A stretch of 23,389 bases of DNA from a virus, in the IMG/VR virus record IMGVR_UViG_3300037307_000339. One strand, written 5' to 3'. The notes under the pieces were generated by a model, which had not been told where the DNA came from, searched no databases, and saw only the letters and a list, made by a program, of their open reading frames with translations. A program made the translations under genes and the position numbers. Positions 21,980 through 23,389 of the stretch are shown piece by piece. The stretch's first letter is position 1. Every line of letters starts with the position of its first letter.

Positions 21980-22008
21980 AATATAGCAGCATCCTTGCTG
22001 CCTGTCAA
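21980..22008 (-). promoter_or_regulatory. Sigma70-type promoter (TTGACA-17-TATATT) with a GC hairpin in the spacer
   Basis: Minus strand reads GGC TTGACA GGCAGCAAGGATGCTGC TATATT GTG. The spacer contains the hairpin GCAGCA-AGGA-TGCTGC, directly after the stop of 22012..22221. The site lies about 230 nt upstream of tRNA-Val. Confidence 0.65.
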
Positions 22009-22011
22009 GCC

Positions 22012-22221
22012 TTACTTAACCTTAACGATTATCCCGTTCTCAACCACGCAACTAGCATACCAGCGATGGGGTTCAGGATAATGTGGTCCCTCAATGTTGA
22101 TCGTACCATTCTTCGGCTCATTGCCACCAAACAGACCGGGCTGGTAGTACGTCACCTGTTCACCCGCAGCAACCGCTTCTTTCAGGGCTTTTTTCGTCTT
22201 AAAATTCCGACTCGTATACAT
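22012..22221 (-). CDS. Hypothetical protein, 69 aa
   Basis: RBS GAGGTAATCTAA precedes the ATG at 22221. The antisense 149-aa ORF 21802..22251 has no plausible RBS. Confidence 0.7.
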   Translation of the reverse strand: MYTSRNFKTKKALKEAVAAGEQVTYYQPGLFGGNEPKNGTINIEGPHYPEPHRWYASCVVENGIIVKVK

Positions 22222-22231
22222 TTAGATTACC

Positions 22232-22372
22232 TCAGTGGAAAACTTCGCTAACATAAACCATGCAGAACACTTCGGTGTTCATTCTTGCCCAGTGGTGGGC
22301 ATCGAAACCCACTTGGAACACCTTTTCATAAACCTCAGGGCAGCCATGCAACTGGTACGTTACCTTAAACAT
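22232..22372 (-). CDS. Small hypothetical protein, 46 aa (below the ORF-track cutoff)
   Basis: RBS GAGAGGAAGTTTAG precedes the ATG at 22372 and TGA is at 22234..22232. Translation is MFKVTYQLHGCPEVYEKVFQVGFDAHHWARMNTEVFCMVYVSEVFH. Confidence 0.55.
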   Translation of the reverse strand: MFKVTYQLHGCPEVYEKVFQVGFDAHHWARMNTEVFCMVYVSEVFH

Positions 22373-22469
22373 CTAAACTTCCTCTCAGATTGAGACAGTA
22401 GTCGCTTTGCACCCCACAACATCAGACATCGTCGTCACTTGCTGTTGAGTTTGCTTACTTTGTGACTAT

Positions 22470-22497
22470 AGTATAGCACAAATTTTCAGGAAGTCAA
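22470..22497 (-). promoter_or_regulatory. Strong sigma70-type promoter (TTGACT-16-TATACT, TGn, long A-tract)
   Basis: Minus strand reads AAAAAAAAAAC TTGACT TCCTGAAAATTTGTGC TATACT ATAGTCACAAAGTAAGCAAACTCAACAG. The -35 hexamer overlaps the phosphatase stop codon. Confidence 0.75.
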
Positions 22498-23060
22498 GTT
22501 TTTTTTTTAAAATAGTTTTCTGAAGGGGAACCCTGTAGAACGTTACTCAGCGCGCGAAACACCGTAGCGTTAAACAGCCTTTCACGGGGTAGGTTGGCTT
22601 CCATCATGATGAACTCCTTCACGAACCTAGCTACTGCTGCACTTCGGCTAACTCCAGCATAACAGTGGACGATAAGATTTATGGGTTGAGGTAACTCGTG
22701 AAGTAGAATGACAAAGTTGACGATTTCGACAGCTTGCTCTTTCGAGATAGGCTTAAGCCTACAGCTTGGATACTCGATATCCACATCATCGAATTGAAGC
22801 TGAATACCATCATACCAAAGTGGATGATTGATCTTAGGGGCTGGTAACTCATCAGGCTCATTCCCGTAAATCGAAATATAAGCGTGAGTTTCTTTTGATG
22901 GAGAATCAGAAGTTGGGTAAAAGTTGATTTGTTTAAATTGAGAACGACTTATGTGTTTCACTGAAAGGATCATATCATTACCTACAGTAGATTGCTTGCA
23001 AAGTGTCCACAGTGTAACATACCTACAACTGAATATTAAGTCCTTTTTTTTCTTACTCAT
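22494..23060 (-). CDS. Cysteine-based (PTP / dual-specificity type) phosphatase, 188 aa by the track; 159 aa from ATG 22973
   Basis: The motif VHCYAGVSRSAAV matches the HCxxGxxR(S/T) P-loop signature. The better RBS (TAGGTAATGAT) precedes the ATG at 22973. The first ATG at 23060 abuts the repeat array and has no SD. Confidence 0.8.
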   Translation of the reverse strand: MSKKKKDLIFSCRYVTLWTLCKQSTVGNDMILSVKHISRSQFKQINFYPTSDSPSKETHAYISIYGNEPDELPAPKINHPLWYDGIQLQFDDVDIEYPSCRLKPISKEQAVEIVNFVILLHELPQPINLIVHCYAGVSRSAAVARFVKEFIMMEANLPRERLFNATVFRALSNVLQGSPSENYFKKKT

Positions 23061-23389
23061 TCTTTTTAAAGGTACTTAGTGGTTACAGCTTTTTAAAGGT
23101 ACTTAGTGGTTACAGTTATCTACAATGAAGATAGATCATTTTATTCTTTTTAAATGAAGATAGATCATCTTATTCTTTTAAAGGTACTTAGTGGTTACAG
23201 CTTTTTAAAGGTACTTAGTAGTTACAGTTATCTATAATGAAGATAGATCATCTTATTCTTTTTAAATGAAGATAGATCATTTTATTCTTTTTAAATGAAG
23301 ATAGATCATCTTATTCTTTTAAAGGTACTTAGTGGTTACAGCTTTTTAAAGGTACTTAGTAGTTACAGTTATCTATAATGAAGATAGAT
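23061..23389. repeat. Composite tandem-repeat (iteron-like) array, truncated by the window end
   Basis: Two unit types alternate in blocks. Type A is TTTTTAAAGGTACTTAGT(G/A)GTTACAG, starting at 23068, 23095, 23180, 23207, 23321 and 23348 with 27-nt spacing. Type B is TTTTTAAATGAAGATAGATCAT(C/T)TTATTC, starting at 23124, 23153, 23236, 23265, 23294 and 23377 with 29-nt spacing. The pattern is AABB / AABBB / AAB... Each complete B unit contains GATC flanked by the inverted arms AAGAT/ATCTT. Confidence 0.9.

Noticed and set aside
23061-23389. The terminal repeat array as a CRISPR array
   Set aside because: The units are about 21-26 nt and of two alternating types. They are separated only by short shared T/A linkers, so there are no unique spacers. 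No cas genes or leader are present. The layout is iteron-like, not repeat-spacer.

Overview
This window looks like the tRNA and accessory region of a large virulent phage, similar in style to T5-like phages (that placement is inference). Every gene I can support is on the minus strand. The plus-strand ORFs in the track look like shadow ORFs.

Contents, in minus-strand transcription order (right to left):
- A composite tandem-repeat array at the right edge (23061-23389).
- A Cys-based phosphatase.
- Ten sigma70-type promoters. Seven of them have near-consensus -35 and -10 hexamers. Several share a conserved transcribed leader.
- About 13 usable tRNA genes in four clusters, plus at least 4 decayed tRNA-like copies. 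One of these has its 3' half upstream of its 5' half.
- Many small ORFs with good Shine-Dalgarno sites.
- Recognisable enzymes: a SleB-type cell-wall hydrolase, a calcineurin-like metallophosphoesterase and a sugar-1-phosphate nucleotidyltransferase.

The main finding is a tightly packed eight-gene operon of about 6.9 kb (12393-19316) behind one strong promoter. It encodes a radical SAM enzyme with a long N-terminal extension, a small protein, an HExxH metallohydrolase and a signal-peptide protein. It then continues with an HlyD-type membrane-fusion protein, a multi-zinc-ribbon protein, a processive family-2 glycosyltransferase (D, DxD, ED, QxxRW motifs) and a secreted TIM-barrel-like protein. 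I read it as a phage-borne synthase-dependent exopolysaccharide synthesis and export module with an unexplained radical-SAM sub-module.

All calls come from reading the sequence and ORF translations by eye. No database search or folding program was run. Family names rest on motifs I recognise.
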